DNA from: Spirochaetota bacterium
GTDB taxonomy: Bacteria; Spirochaetota; UBA4802; UBA5550
Assembly: GCA_963663865.1 (NCBI GenBank)
Contig: OY760686.1
Span: 1,088,001-1,152,000, forward strand
Direction of reading: 5' to 3'
Length of the DNA stretch: 64,000 nucleotides
Part shown: positions 30,020-40,378 of the stretch, piece after piece
How the letters are laid out: the number at the start of each line of letters is the position of its first letter
Position numbering within the stretch: position 1 is the first letter of the stretch
The notes under the pieces: model-generated
What the model saw: only the letters and a program-made list of their open reading frames with translations
What the model was told of the DNA's origin: nothing
Database searches by the model: none
Position numbers and translations under genes: made by a program

Positions 30020-30987
30020 CAGTACTTAAGACCGACGGCCTCTTTGACCTCTGACAGCGTCAGGGAGGCCGTCCGGCGGGCTTTTTCGGCCCCCTTTCTT
30101 AGAATGTTTGCTGCCTCCGCCGGGTCTGCGGCCAGCTCTTCTCTCCTCTTGCGGTATGGTGCGAAGTAGTCGATTACAAGCCCGAGCAGTTCCTTTTTTG
30201 CCTCTCCATATCCCATGCCGCCCTTCAGGTATTTTTCTTTCATTATGGCTGCCTGCGCGCTGTCCGCGAAGAGCCTGTACAGGGCAAAGATTGTGCAGCT
30301 GTCGGGGTTTTTCGGCTCTTCAACCGGTGTTGAGTCGGTCACTATCCTCATTATCTTCTTTTTGAGCTGCTTCTCGTCGTCGAAAATGTTTATCGCGTTG
30401 CCGTAGCTTTTTGACATCTTCTGCCCGTCTACACCGGGAATAACAGCGATGTCATCCGATATCTGCGGGTCGGGAAGCACGAGAATATCGCCGTAGGTGT
30501 TGTTGAAGCGCTGGGCTATGTCCCGCGTTATCTCAAGATGCTGCTTCTGGTCCTTGCCGGTCGGAACGAGTTCGGCTTTGAACAGAAGTATATCGGCGGC
30601 CATGAGCACCGGATAGGTGTACAGGCCGGTGTTCGGGGTCAGCCCTCTGGCGACCTTGTCCTTGTAGCTGTGGCTTCTTTCGAGAAGCCCGAGCGAGGTG
30701 TGGCATGAGAGTATCCAGGCAAGTTCGTTGACCTCGGGGATGTCGGACTGGACCCAGAAACAGCATTTGTCCGGGTCAAGGCCGAGGGCGAGAAAATCGA
30801 GGGCCGCTTCCATGGTATTCCTGGCCAGTTCCTTGCCGTCGTGAAGGCTTGTCATTGAGTGATAGTTTGCTATGAAGCAGTAGAGCTCGCTGCTGTCCTG
30901 CAGCTCGATCATCGGCTTCATCATGGCGAAGTAGTTGCCTATATGCAGTGTACCGGAGGCCTGTACCCCCGACAGTATTCTCTTCAT
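30016..30987 (-). CDS. trpS: Tryptophanyl-tRNA synthetase
   Basis: HIGN, YPVLMAADIL, GKDQKQH, KMSKS. Confidence 0.97.
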   Translation of the reverse strand: MKRILSGVQASGTLHIGNYFAMMKPMIELQDSSELYCFIANYHSMTSLHDGKELARNTMEAALDFLALGLDPDKCCFWVQSDIPEVNELAWILSCHTSLGLLERSHSYKDKVARGLTPNTGLYTYPVLMAADILLFKAELVPTGKDQKQHLEITRDIAQRFNNTYGDILVLPDPQISDDIAVIPGVDGQKMSKSYGNAINIFDDEKQLKKKIMRIVTDSTPVEEPKNPDSCTIFALYRLFADSAQAAIMKEKYLKGGMGYGEAKKELLGLVIDYFAPYRKRREELAADPAEAANILRKGAEKARRTASLTLSEVKEAVGLKYC

Positions 30988-31096
30988 GATTAACTCCGTT
31001 TCACGGCGGGCATCGCCGTGTAATGTATTGGGGCGGAAAGTCCACTCGTGTTAGAGAAATGCCGTCGGGCTGATACGTCAATAAAAAATCTGGTAT

Positions 31097-31696
31097 TTAC
31101 GATGTTGTATAAGTTTCAACCACCATGTTCCAGAGTGTTTTGAGGGCTTCGTCAGACGAGCCTGATATCTCGGAGTTTTTAATTATATCTGTGCGGTTGC
31201 GTGTCATCCAGATGAAAAGACGGGATGCCCCGTCGTTAGCGTCTTCAGCAGCGTGGCAGAGCTTTACAAGCTTCCGCATCTCGTCCCTTGACATGAAGTT
31301 TCTCACCGTATCGATAACAATGACGAAGCTTGACTTGTCCTTTGCCTGCACGATCTCTACTTTTGAGTGGTTGAGAGGCCTGGGCGCGAGGATATCTGTA
31401 GAGACGGTCCTTGTCTTTACAACCTCGCTGCGGGCCTGAATTGATTCCCTTACCTTCTTGTTGGACAGCATCGTCTTTGCCTGTTTTATCAGGAAGGCGA
31501 TTTCCGTTTTATCAAGCTGTTTAACAAGCTTTGAGAGATCAGCGGCAAGCTTCCTGTCCTGTGCTGAAGCTTTGCTTACGGCCGCACCCTTGCCGGCAGC
31601 CTTTGTTTTAGCTGCCGCCGACGTGGGAGACTTTTTTGTTGATGCGGCTTTTGTCTTTTGCGATGTTTTTGATGGAACCTTTTTTCCCTTTGTCAT
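31097..31696 (-). CDS. Basic protein with Lys/Ala/Ser/Thr-rich N-terminal tail
   Basis: GGAGG RBS; amino acid composition. Confidence 0.7.
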   Translation of the reverse strand: MTKGKKVPSKTSQKTKAASTKKSPTSAAAKTKAAGKGAAVSKASAQDRKLAADLSKLVKQLDKTEIAFLIKQAKTMLSNKKVRESIQARSEVVKTRTVSTDILAPRPLNHSKVEIVQAKDKSSFVIVIDTVRNFMSRDEMRKLVKLCHAAEDANDGASRLFIWMTRNRTDIIKNSEISGSSDEALKTLWNMVVETYTTS

Positions 31697-31745
31697 GGTT
31701 ACCTCCGGTCAATCATGTGTGTATCGGCAAAAGGTTAGACTGGAA

Positions 31746-32198
31746 TTAGAGATATTTGAGTATCTCATCCGCGTGCTCATCGGGTTTTACTTTTCGGAAT
31801 ACCCTCGCGACGGTTCCCTCTTCATCAATTATGAAAGTGGAACGGATAACTCCCATTGTGGTCTTGCCGTACATGTTTTTTTCACCCCAGGCCCCGTATT
31901 CCTGTATGACGGTTTTTTCAGTATCTGAAAGGAGATAAAAGGGGAGACCGAATTTCAGCTTGAATTTGCCATGCGAGTCCGGTGAATCCGCGCTTATGCC
32001 TATTACAACCGCGCCTTTCGCGGTTATTTCTCCGTAGGCGTCTCTGAAAGAGCAAGCCTCCTTTGTGCATCCGGGTGTGTTGTCTTTCGGATAGAAGTAC
32101 AGCACTACTTTTTTGCCCCTGAAGGAGGAGAGGGATACATTCTCTCCAGTCTCATCAGGAAGAGTGAAATCGGGCGCTTTTGTTCCTTCGTTAATCAT
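31746..32198 (-). CDS. bcp: Peroxiredoxin Bcp/PrxQ
   Basis: YFYPKDNTPGCTKEAC. Confidence 0.95.
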   Translation of the reverse strand: MINEGTKAPDFTLPDETGENVSLSSFRGKKVVLYFYPKDNTPGCTKEACSFRDAYGEITAKGAVVIGISADSPDSHGKFKLKFGLPFYLLSDTEKTVIQEYGAWGEKNMYGKTTMGVIRSTFIIDEEGTVARVFRKVKPDEHADEILKYL

Positions 32199-32264
32199 GG
32201 TTCCTCCCCGGCATAGATGCTCAATGCCTGTTGTTTTATATGGGAGCGATGTGTGACGTTTATG

Positions 32265-33050
32265 TTACGAACCGCCGGGATTTTTGGAGGATTTCCGGCG
32301 TTGCGTGACTGCGAGGGTTATTATCCCCCCGCAAAAAAAGGCTATTGAGAAGAGCTGGCCGTCTGAGAGACCATGAAAGAAAATGCGGTAGTCGTTACGG
32401 AAGAACTCAACTGTAAAGCGACCGGCCGAGTAGAAGATAGCGGAAAAGGCGAATAGCCGACCTGGAGCAAAAAGCTTTTTTTTGTAGAGTCCCGCGAAAA
32501 GCATGCCGCCGACTATGAGATAGGCAGCGCTGATGAGCTGTGTCGGTATGACGGGCTGAAATGTAGCGGTTGCCGGCGCAATCGGGTCGGTGAATGTCAC
32601 CCCGATGGGGCAGTCTGTGTGTACGCCGAAGCAGCAGCCTCCGAAAAAACAGCCGATGCGCCCTATCCCTATGCCGAGTAGGTACGACGGCGAAAGGAGG
32701 TCCGCGAGAGGGGCGAGCTTGAGCTTCCAGCTTTTAACAAGAACAAGCGCGGCAGCGGTTCCCCCGAGAATTCCGCCCCAGCTTACGAGGGCGGGGTCAG
32801 CTTTATCTATGCCGGTTTCGAGAATCTGCGGCAGGTTCATGAGGATTCCAGTGATATAGGCCCCTCCGAGGCCGCAGGCCCCTATAATCAGCAGGGAGTT
32901 GGATACTATGTAGCGCTTGAACTCGGAGTGCCTTGAAAGGCGCAGAGCCAGAGAATAGGCGATAATAGATGCCGCCGCCACGAGTACGCCGTATGTGGCC
33001 ACCGTGAAATCTCTGCCGAATATTGATAAGTGAAAGAGTACGGGATGCAT
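32265..33050 (-). CDS. Lgt-family protein (divergent, GCC-type)
   Basis: MHPVLF..TYG, GRIGCFFGGCCFG, PTQL, RFTVEFFR. Confidence 0.8.
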   Translation of the reverse strand: MHPVLFHLSIFGRDFTVATYGVLVAAASIIAYSLALRLSRHSEFKRYIVSNSLLIIGACGLGGAYITGILMNLPQILETGIDKADPALVSWGGILGGTAAALVLVKSWKLKLAPLADLLSPSYLLGIGIGRIGCFFGGCCFGVHTDCPIGVTFTDPIAPATATFQPVIPTQLISAAYLIVGGMLFAGLYKKKLFAPGRLFAFSAIFYSAGRFTVEFFRNDYRIFFHGLSDGQLFSIAFFCGGIITLAVTQRRKSSKNPGGS

Positions 33051-33084
33051 AATTACCTGCCGTTATCGTGCTTTAGTGTTCGGG

Positions 33085-33342
33085 CTATTTCAACATGAAC
33101 AGGGCGCCGAAACATGCCCCGCAGACGGTAAAAAAAAGCGCCCCGAGAGAAACCGCGACTATCGACATGACAAGCCCTGCTGTCGCGGTTCCTGAAGGGA
33201 GGCCGGTTTCGAGGGCTGACTTTCTGCCCATAGCCCCGAGTATTATACCTACTATTCCCAGCACAATGCCGAGGGGAGAGAAGTAGAACGATAGAGTAAA
33301 AAAAAGAGCCAGTATTCCGAGAACTAAAGAGCCGATATCCAT
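33085..33342 (-). CDS. DUF4190-like 3-TM protein, paralog 2
   Basis: SLVLGI...GIVGIILG...ATAGLVMS; start at MDIG. Confidence 0.7.
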   Translation of the reverse strand: MDIGSLVLGILALFFTLSFYFSPLGIVLGIVGIILGAMGRKSALETGLPSGTATAGLVMSIVAVSLGALFFTVCGACFGALFMLK

Positions 33343-33482
33343 AGATTCCCCCGGGCTTATGGTGTCTATTGAGTTATTATTTTCGGTGTATTGGGGTCTG
33401 TCAAGCTGAATAAGAAAACGGAGAGAAGGTAAGGCTTCAGGTGTCTGAAGGTTGTCCTCCACACACCTGAAAAAGGGACGCA

Positions 33483-33830
33483 CTACTTCTTGTTAAGCTC
33501 TTTAAGGGCTTTGTCGAGGTCTTTTGTTGCATCCTGCATCTGCTTCTGGAAATTGGGGTCTTTGAGGCCCTGCTCAATTCCTTTGGTTACAGCTGAAGCG
33601 CAAGCGAAGCATGTAAGCCATACGATAGCACCGATAACGAGACCGATGATTGACATTACCAGACCGGCTGTTGCTGCCCCTGTAGGCTCCTTTGTTTCCG
33701 CCGCGTTTTTACGAGCGAGAGCTCCGAGAACGATACCAACGATACCGGCTATCGGCGCTATGAACGCGAAAGGCCCGAAAAAGCAGAATACCAGAGATAC
33801 GATTCCGAGTACGAGTGCCGCTATTCCCAT
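33483..33830 (-). CDS. DUF4190-like 3-TM protein, paralog 1, with charged tail
   Basis: ALVLGI...GIVGIVLG...ATAGLVMS. Confidence 0.75.
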   Translation of the reverse strand: MGIAALVLGIVSLVFCFFGPFAFIAPIAGIVGIVLGALARKNAAETKEPTGAATAGLVMSIIGLVIGAIVWLTCFACASAVTKGIEQGLKDPNFQKQMQDATKDLDKALKELNKK

Positions 33831-34037
33831 GATAATCCTCCACTTGGGTTATTTTTTTTAATATTGTTTATTATTAAGGTGCAATTTGTCAAGCCAGGTT
33901 TTTGCTAATTTGCTATATCAAGGGTCTGTATAGGAAAAAATTTATATTTTTTTAATATTATGCTTCAATGAACCAGTTGATTTATGCGGTCAACGCAGGT
34001 GTAACTTTCTAAAATGTTGAATCATTTCAGAAATGAA

Positions 34038-34059
34038 AATAATACATATATGTATTATT
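34038..34059. promoter_or_regulatory. Perfect 22-bp palindrome upstream of nifH (candidate regulator site)
   Basis: AATAATACATATATGTATTATT. Confidence 0.5.
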
Positions 34060-34266
34060 GAATGAGCTGAGGTTCAAATATGTTACATTGTTCTGCCTTG
34101 CGGCCGGCAGTGATGCAGAACAATGGTCTATTTAGCCGCTGAGTTAATACACGTACTACCATATTACCTGAACAATATCATACCCCGAACAAAAAATCCA
34201 GTATTAAATGCTTAAAGTTAAACTTTTTTCGATAAAATCAATGCTTGATCTATTCCGTGAAAGTTA

Positions 34267-34282
34267 TGGCACGACTTGTGCT
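34267..34282 (+). promoter_or_regulatory. Sigma54 (-24/-12) promoter of the nif operon
   Basis: TGGCACGACTTGTGCT: GG-N10-GC, ending about 40 nt before the nifH ATG. Confidence 0.8.
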
Positions 34283-34284
34283 GA

Positions 34285-35148
<864 letters not shown>

Positions 35149-35172
35149 CGAAAACAAAGTGGAGGAATTCTT

Positions 35173-35529
35173 ATGATAATGGTGAGAGCAATAATAAGGC
35201 CGGAAAAGGTGGACTCAGTTTTATCATCTCTTATGGACGCCGGGTTTCCCGCGGTTACAAGGATATCTGTTGTAGGAAGGGGGAAGCAAAGAGGCATAAA
35301 AATTGGCGAAGTGACGTATGACGAAATTCCAAAGGACATGATTCTTATGGTTATAAACAATAAGGACAAGGATTATGTTATTAAGACAATTATTTCATCT
35401 GCGCGCACAAGCGACAAGGGCTCTTTTGGAGATGGTAAAATTTTTGTCTCACCTGTAGATGAAGTTTACACAGTCAGCTCCGGAATAAAAGAGATTCCGG
35501 GCGGTGAGATGGAAGAGGTGCCCGTATGA
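35173..35529 (+). CDS. nifI1: PII-family protein NifI1
   Basis: AIIRPEK, GRGKQ, GDGKIFV; located between nifH and nifD. Confidence 0.9.
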   Translation: MIMVRAIIRPEKVDSVLSSLMDAGFPAVTRISVVGRGKQRGIKIGEVTYDEIPKDMILMVINNKDKDYVIKTIISSARTSDKGSFGDGKIFVSPVDEVYTVSSGIKEIPGGEMEEVPV

Positions 35530-35903
35530 AAGAGGTGATGGCCGTTATCAGGATGAATATGATCAACCAGACTAAACGGGCTCTCACTGCGGCGGGTGTA
35601 TCATCCTTCACAGTGAAGGAAGCCCTTGGGAGAGGCAAGGGCATGGTCGATTTTTCAATTCTCAAGGGAGCGGAGCAGGGATATGAGGAAGCCATTTCAC
35701 AGCTCGGTCAGTCCCAACGGCTTATCCCCAAGCGGGTAATACTATTTGTTGTTCCAGACTCCCATGTCGAGACGGTGGTTAACACAATTATAGACGTTAA
35801 TAGAACGGGAAAATCCGGAGACGGTAAAATATTCGTAATGCCTGTTCTGGATGCTGTCAGGGTCAGGACCGGTGAGTCCGGTCTTGAAGCGCTTGATGAA
35901 TAG
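35526..35903 (+). CDS. nifI2: PII-family protein NifI2
   Basis: AVIRMN, GRGKG, GDGKIFV, VRVRTGE. Confidence 0.9.
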   Translation: MKEVMAVIRMNMINQTKRALTAAGVSSFTVKEALGRGKGMVDFSILKGAEQGYEEAISQLGQSQRLIPKRVILFVVPDSHVETVVNTIIDVNRTGKSGDGKIFVMPVLDAVRVRTGESGLEALDE

Positions 35904-35921
35904 TATTCTCAGGAGGAAAAA

Positions 35922-37559
35922 ATGGAAAATCTAAAACGTAAGGATATGAGTCCGGTTGAAGTGAAAGCCGAACTTTTAAAAGTATATCCCCCTAAAGTCG
36001 CAAGAAAACGAGATAAGCAGATAATTATTAACAGAAAAGACGAAGAAGGAAACTCGCCTGAGATTCAGGCTAATGTCAGAACCATACCGGGAATTATTAC
36101 TCAGCGCGGATGCAGCTATGCTGGATGCAAGGGCGTTGTTCTTGGTCCAACACGCGACATAGTAAACCTGACCCATGGGCCGATAGGATGCGGCTTTTAC
36201 AGCTGGCTAACCAGACGCAACCAGACTAAACCGGAAACGGCCGATTCTCCAAATTATATGACATACTGTTTTTCCACAGATATGCGTGAGGAAGAGATAA
36301 TATTCGGAGGGGAAAAAAAGCTTAAGGCCGCAATACGCGAGATCTACAACATGATCAAACCTAAAGCGATTGGTATTTTCTCGACTTGCCCGGTCGGTCT
36401 TATTGGAGATGATGTTCATGCCGTGGCCAGGGAGATGAAAGAAGAGCTCGGTATTAATATTTTCGGTTTCAGCTGTGAGGGATACAAGGGGGTCAGTCAG
36501 TCCGCCGGTCATCATATTGCCAATAACGAGTTGTTCAGGAATATTGTCGGTCTGGATGATACTGTTAAGGACGGGGATTATAAAATCAATCTGCTTGGAG
36601 AGTATAATATTGGTGGAGACGCTTTTGAGATTGAAAGGACTTTGAACGATTGCGGTATAACTCTTACTGCTTCGTTCAGTGGAAATTCAACGTATGAGCA
36701 ATTTGCCAATGCTCACACTGCAGATCTTAATACAATAATGTGTCACCGTTCTATAAACTATCTGGCTGAGATGATGGAAAAGAAGTTCGGTATCCCCTGG
36801 ATTAAAATTAACTTTATAGGCGCTGAGGCAACAGCAAAATCGCTTCGGAAAATAGCCGAGTATTTTGACGATGATGCATTGAAGGCAAAGGTCGAAGAGG
36901 TAATCAAACTGGAGATGGCCGAGGTGATAAAGGCCAGAGATGAAGCCAGAAAGATAACAGAAGGTAAAACGGCCATGCTTTTTGTCGGAGGTTCCAGGGC
37001 CCATCATTATCAGGAGCTTTTTGCGGAGCTGGGTATGAAAACGTTAACCGCTGGATACGAGTTCGGACATAGAGACGACTATGAAGGAAGAAGAGTTATC
37101 CCGGGTATCAAGGTTGACGCGGACAGCAGGAACATTGAGGAGATTTCAGTGGCACCCGATGAGAAGAGATTCAGGCCAAGGAAATCACCGGAAGAGATGG
37201 ATAAATTAAAAAACTCCGGAGTAACCTTTGAGGAGTACAGAGGAATGATGGCTGACATGGAGGATGGTACTCTTTCTATTGATGATATCAGCCAGTTTGA
37301 AACAGAGAAGCTCCTTGAGATATATAAGCCGGATATTTTCTGCGCCGGTATAAAGGAAAAGTATGCCGTTCAGAAATCGGGGATACCGCTTAAACAGCTG
37401 CACAGCTATGATTATGGCGGACCATATGCTGGATTCAGGGGTGCGATAAACTTTTATAATGACATGAAGAGAATTCTTTCAACGAAAATCTGGACCTATT
37501 CAAAGGCCCCGTGGCAGAAGAATCCGGAACTGAGCGCCAAATTCGCGTGGAAGGAATAA
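35922..37559 (+). CDS. nifD: Nitrogenase MoFe protein alpha chain (group II-like, with insertion)
   Basis: P-cluster Cys (GCSYAG, GPIGC, STCP), SQSAGHH, CHRSINY, LHSYDY; 545 aa. Confidence 0.97.
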   Translation: MENLKRKDMSPVEVKAELLKVYPPKVARKRDKQIIINRKDEEGNSPEIQANVRTIPGIITQRGCSYAGCKGVVLGPTRDIVNLTHGPIGCGFYSWLTRRNQTKPETADSPNYMTYCFSTDMREEEIIFGGEKKLKAAIREIYNMIKPKAIGIFSTCPVGLIGDDVHAVAREMKEELGINIFGFSCEGYKGVSQSAGHHIANNELFRNIVGLDDTVKDGDYKINLLGEYNIGGDAFEIERTLNDCGITLTASFSGNSTYEQFANAHTADLNTIMCHRSINYLAEMMEKKFGIPWIKINFIGAEATAKSLRKIAEYFDDDALKAKVEEVIKLEMAEVIKARDEARKITEGKTAMLFVGGSRAHHYQELFAELGMKTLTAGYEFGHRDDYEGRRVIPGIKVDADSRNIEEISVAPDEKRFRPRKSPEEMDKLKNSGVTFEEYRGMMADMEDGTLSIDDISQFETEKLLEIYKPDIFCAGIKEKYAVQKSGIPLKQLHSYDYGGPYAGFRGAINFYNDMKRILSTKIWTYSKAPWQKNPELSAKFAWKE

Positions 37560-37572
37560 GAGGAGGATTGCT

Positions 37573-38949
37573 ATGCTTTTAAGACATACACCGATAGAAG
37601 TTAAAGAAAGAAGTGCCGTTACGATTAATCCGGCAAAGACATGTCAGCCTGTTGGAGCGATGTATGCAGCGCTTGGGATACATGGATGTCTCCCTCATTC
37701 ACACGGTTCTCAGGGATGCTGTGCTTATCACAGGAGTGCCCTGACTCGCCATTTCAAGGAGCCGGTAATGGCGGCTACAAGTTCATTTACAGAGGGCGCG
37801 TCCGTATTTGGAGGACAGGCGAACCTGCTAAGCGCGATAGAGAACATTTTCACTATCTATGACCCCGAAGTCATAGCTGTACATACAACCTGTCTGTCAG
37901 AGACAATTGGCGATGATGTTCCGCAGATATCGGCAAAAGCCAGAGAAGAGGGGAAAATACCGCCCGGGAAAACCGTTATAAGCGCCAGCACTCCAAGCTA
38001 CGTCGGATCTCATGTAACGGGATATTCAAACATGGTTAAGTCCATTGTGGATCAGGTTTCCGAATCAAGCGGAGTAAAAAGAGATGTTGTTAACCTCATT
38101 CCGGGTTTTGTTGAACCTTCAGACATGGCTGAAATGAAGAGACTGGCCTCAGAGATGGGAATTAAAACGCTTATGTTTCCGGATACCTCCGGTGTTTTAA
38201 ACGGGCCTATGACGGGAAGGTTTAAGATGTATCCTGCAGGAGGGGCAAGGTTGGATGAAATAAGAAGAGCCGGAGACAGCGTGAAAACGCTGGCGCTGGG
38301 CAGTCTTGCTGCCGGACAGGCGGCAAGGTCGCTTGATACGAAGTGCAAGGTTGACTGCGAGATACTTGATCTTCCAATCGGATTTCTTGCAACAGACCGC
38401 TATGTTGAAGCTCTCAGGAAATCCGGTGACTACAATGTTCCAGATTCTATAACTTTCGAAAGAGGACAGCTAATAGATGTTATCTCTGATATGAGCCAGT
38501 ATCTATACGGAAAGCGTGTAGCCCTGGCCGGAGACCCTGACCAGCTTGTTGCTCTGACAGAGTTCCTCGTGTCTATGGATATGCATCCGGTGCACATAGT
38601 TACAGGTACTCCCGGAAAGAAGTTTGAGGAGAAAATCCGGGAGCTGACTTCTGGTATTCCGGTTGAGGTTAATGTAAAAGCTGAGGGCGATTTGTTTCTG
38701 CTGCATCAGTGGATAAGGAATTCTCCTGTTGATCTTCTTATAGGAAATACCTATATGAAGTACATTGCCAGAGATGAGGATATTCCGCTTATAAGGCACG
38801 GCTTCCCTATACTGGATCGTGTCGGTCACTCATATTTTCCAAGCGTTGGATACAGAGGGGGGCTAAGGCTTGTAGAAAAAATTCTCGAAGCTGTTATGGA
38901 TCGACAGGATAGAAATTCGCCTGAAGAGGCATTTGAACTTGTGATGTAA
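37573..38949 (+). CDS. nifK: Nitrogenase MoFe protein beta chain
   Basis: NPAKTCQP, HGSQGC, TTCLSETIGDD. Confidence 0.97.
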   Translation: MLLRHTPIEVKERSAVTINPAKTCQPVGAMYAALGIHGCLPHSHGSQGCCAYHRSALTRHFKEPVMAATSSFTEGASVFGGQANLLSAIENIFTIYDPEVIAVHTTCLSETIGDDVPQISAKAREEGKIPPGKTVISASTPSYVGSHVTGYSNMVKSIVDQVSESSGVKRDVVNLIPGFVEPSDMAEMKRLASEMGIKTLMFPDTSGVLNGPMTGRFKMYPAGGARLDEIRRAGDSVKTLALGSLAAGQAARSLDTKCKVDCEILDLPIGFLATDRYVEALRKSGDYNVPDSITFERGQLIDVISDMSQYLYGKRVALAGDPDQLVALTEFLVSMDMHPVHIVTGTPGKKFEEKIRELTSGIPVEVNVKAEGDLFLLHQWIRNSPVDLLIGNTYMKYIARDEDIPLIRHGFPILDRVGHSYFPSVGYRGGLRLVEKILEAVMDRQDRNSPEEAFELVM

Positions 38950-39021
38950 TATAATCCGGGGAGGGGGAGGTGTTAAAATGCCGCCTCCTGCGGAAAGCCT
39001 AATTCTTATAACGGAGGCATT

Positions 39022-40377
39022 ATGATTAACTTGCTGGAAGCCAGACAAAAGCACATTTATACTAAAGGGAATGCACCTTTTGAAATAGAATGTGATAAGC
39101 ACAGTCTTGCCGGATCTGTAAGTCAGCGTGCCTGCGTTTTTTGCGGGTCGAGGGTGGTGTTATACCCTATTGCTGATGCTGTGCATCTTATTCACGGACC
39201 CATCGGTTGTGCGGCATATACCTGGGATATCAGGGGTTCTCTAAGTTCAGGTCCTGAACTTCACAGGTTAAGCTTCTCAACTGATTTGTCTGAGAAAGAT
39301 GTAATTTTCGGCGGTGAAAAAAAACTGGAAGCGTCTCTTGATGAGCTTATCTCAATGTACAGTCCGAGAGCCGCTTTTGTTTATTCAACCTGTATCATTG
39401 GAATAATCGGAGACGATGTAGACTCAGTATGCAGGAAAATGTCTTCTAAGTACGGTATACCTGTTTTATCAGTTCATTCTGAAGGATTCAAGGGGACCAA
39501 AAAGGATGGCTATAAGGCAGCCTGCGATGCTCTTTTTAAGCTAATAGGCACTTCTTCAAAAAAGGATAAAATTCCATTATCGATTAATATTATGGGAGAG
39601 TTTAACCTCGCCGGTGAAGCCTGGATGATAAGGGATTATTACAAAAAAATTGGGATAAAGGTCATATCAACAATGACTGGAGATGGAAGGATAGATGATA
39701 TCAGGCAGGCTCACAGGGCATGTTTGAACGTTGTCCAGTGTTCAGGGTCAATGACAAGTCTGGCTGTGATGATGAAGGAGCAGTACAATATTCCATTCAT
39801 CAGAGTATCATACTTCGGTTTTGAGGATATGTCTCAGTCACTGTATGACACCGTGAAGCACTTCGGAGACAAAGAGCTTCTCAGCAACGCGGCCGAACTC
39901 ATTAAATCAGAAGTAAAGGATATTATTCCACAATTAGAGAAGTATAAAAAAAGTTTGAGCGGGAAAAAAGCTGCTATCTATGTCGGCGGCGCATTTAAGG
40001 CCTTTTCCCTCGTTAAATCTTTAAGATACCTGGGCATAAAGGTTGTTCTTGCCGGTTCTCAGACGGGAAACAGAGACGATTATGAATTTCTGAAAGAGTT
40101 GTGTGATGAAGGAACAGTTATAGTTGATGATTCGAATCCACTGGAACTGTCAAAGTTTATTATAGAAAAAGGGGCCGATCTTTTTATCGGTGGAGTCAAA
40201 GAAAGGCCTATGGCTTATAAGCTGGGGGTTGCTTTTTGCGATCACAATCATGAACGGAAGATACCCCTCGCTGGATTTCAGGGAATGCTCAACTTCGCGC
40301 AGGAGGTCTATTCCTCCGTTATGAGTCCGGTGTGGAGATTTGCATCTCCGAAGAAAAACTACCCCGGGGGTAAGTAG
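39022..40377 (+). CDS. nifE: FeMo-co scaffold NifE
   Basis: QRACVFCG, HGPIGC, STCI, VQCSGS. Confidence 0.93.
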   Translation: MINLLEARQKHIYTKGNAPFEIECDKHSLAGSVSQRACVFCGSRVVLYPIADAVHLIHGPIGCAAYTWDIRGSLSSGPELHRLSFSTDLSEKDVIFGGEKKLEASLDELISMYSPRAAFVYSTCIIGIIGDDVDSVCRKMSSKYGIPVLSVHSEGFKGTKKDGYKAACDALFKLIGTSSKKDKIPLSINIMGEFNLAGEAWMIRDYYKKIGIKVISTMTGDGRIDDIRQAHRACLNVVQCSGSMTSLAVMMKEQYNIPFIRVSYFGFEDMSQSLYDTVKHFGDKELLSNAAELIKSEVKDIIPQLEKYKKSLSGKKAAIYVGGAFKAFSLVKSLRYLGIKVVLAGSQTGNRDDYEFLKELCDEGTVIVDDSNPLELSKFIIEKGADLFIGGVKERPMAYKLGVAFCDHNHERKIPLAGFQGMLNFAQEVYSSVMSPVWRFASPKKNYPGGK

Positions 40378-40378
40378 C

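Noticed and set aside
33465-33482. GGGACGCA as a c-di-GMP-I riboswitch core
   Set aside because: Wrong strand for the local genes and lacks the other conserved elements.
35922-38949. Alternative (V/Fe) nitrogenase or Nif-like paralog
   Set aside because: No vnfG/anfG; nifEN and modABC present; ligand motifs fit the Mo enzyme.
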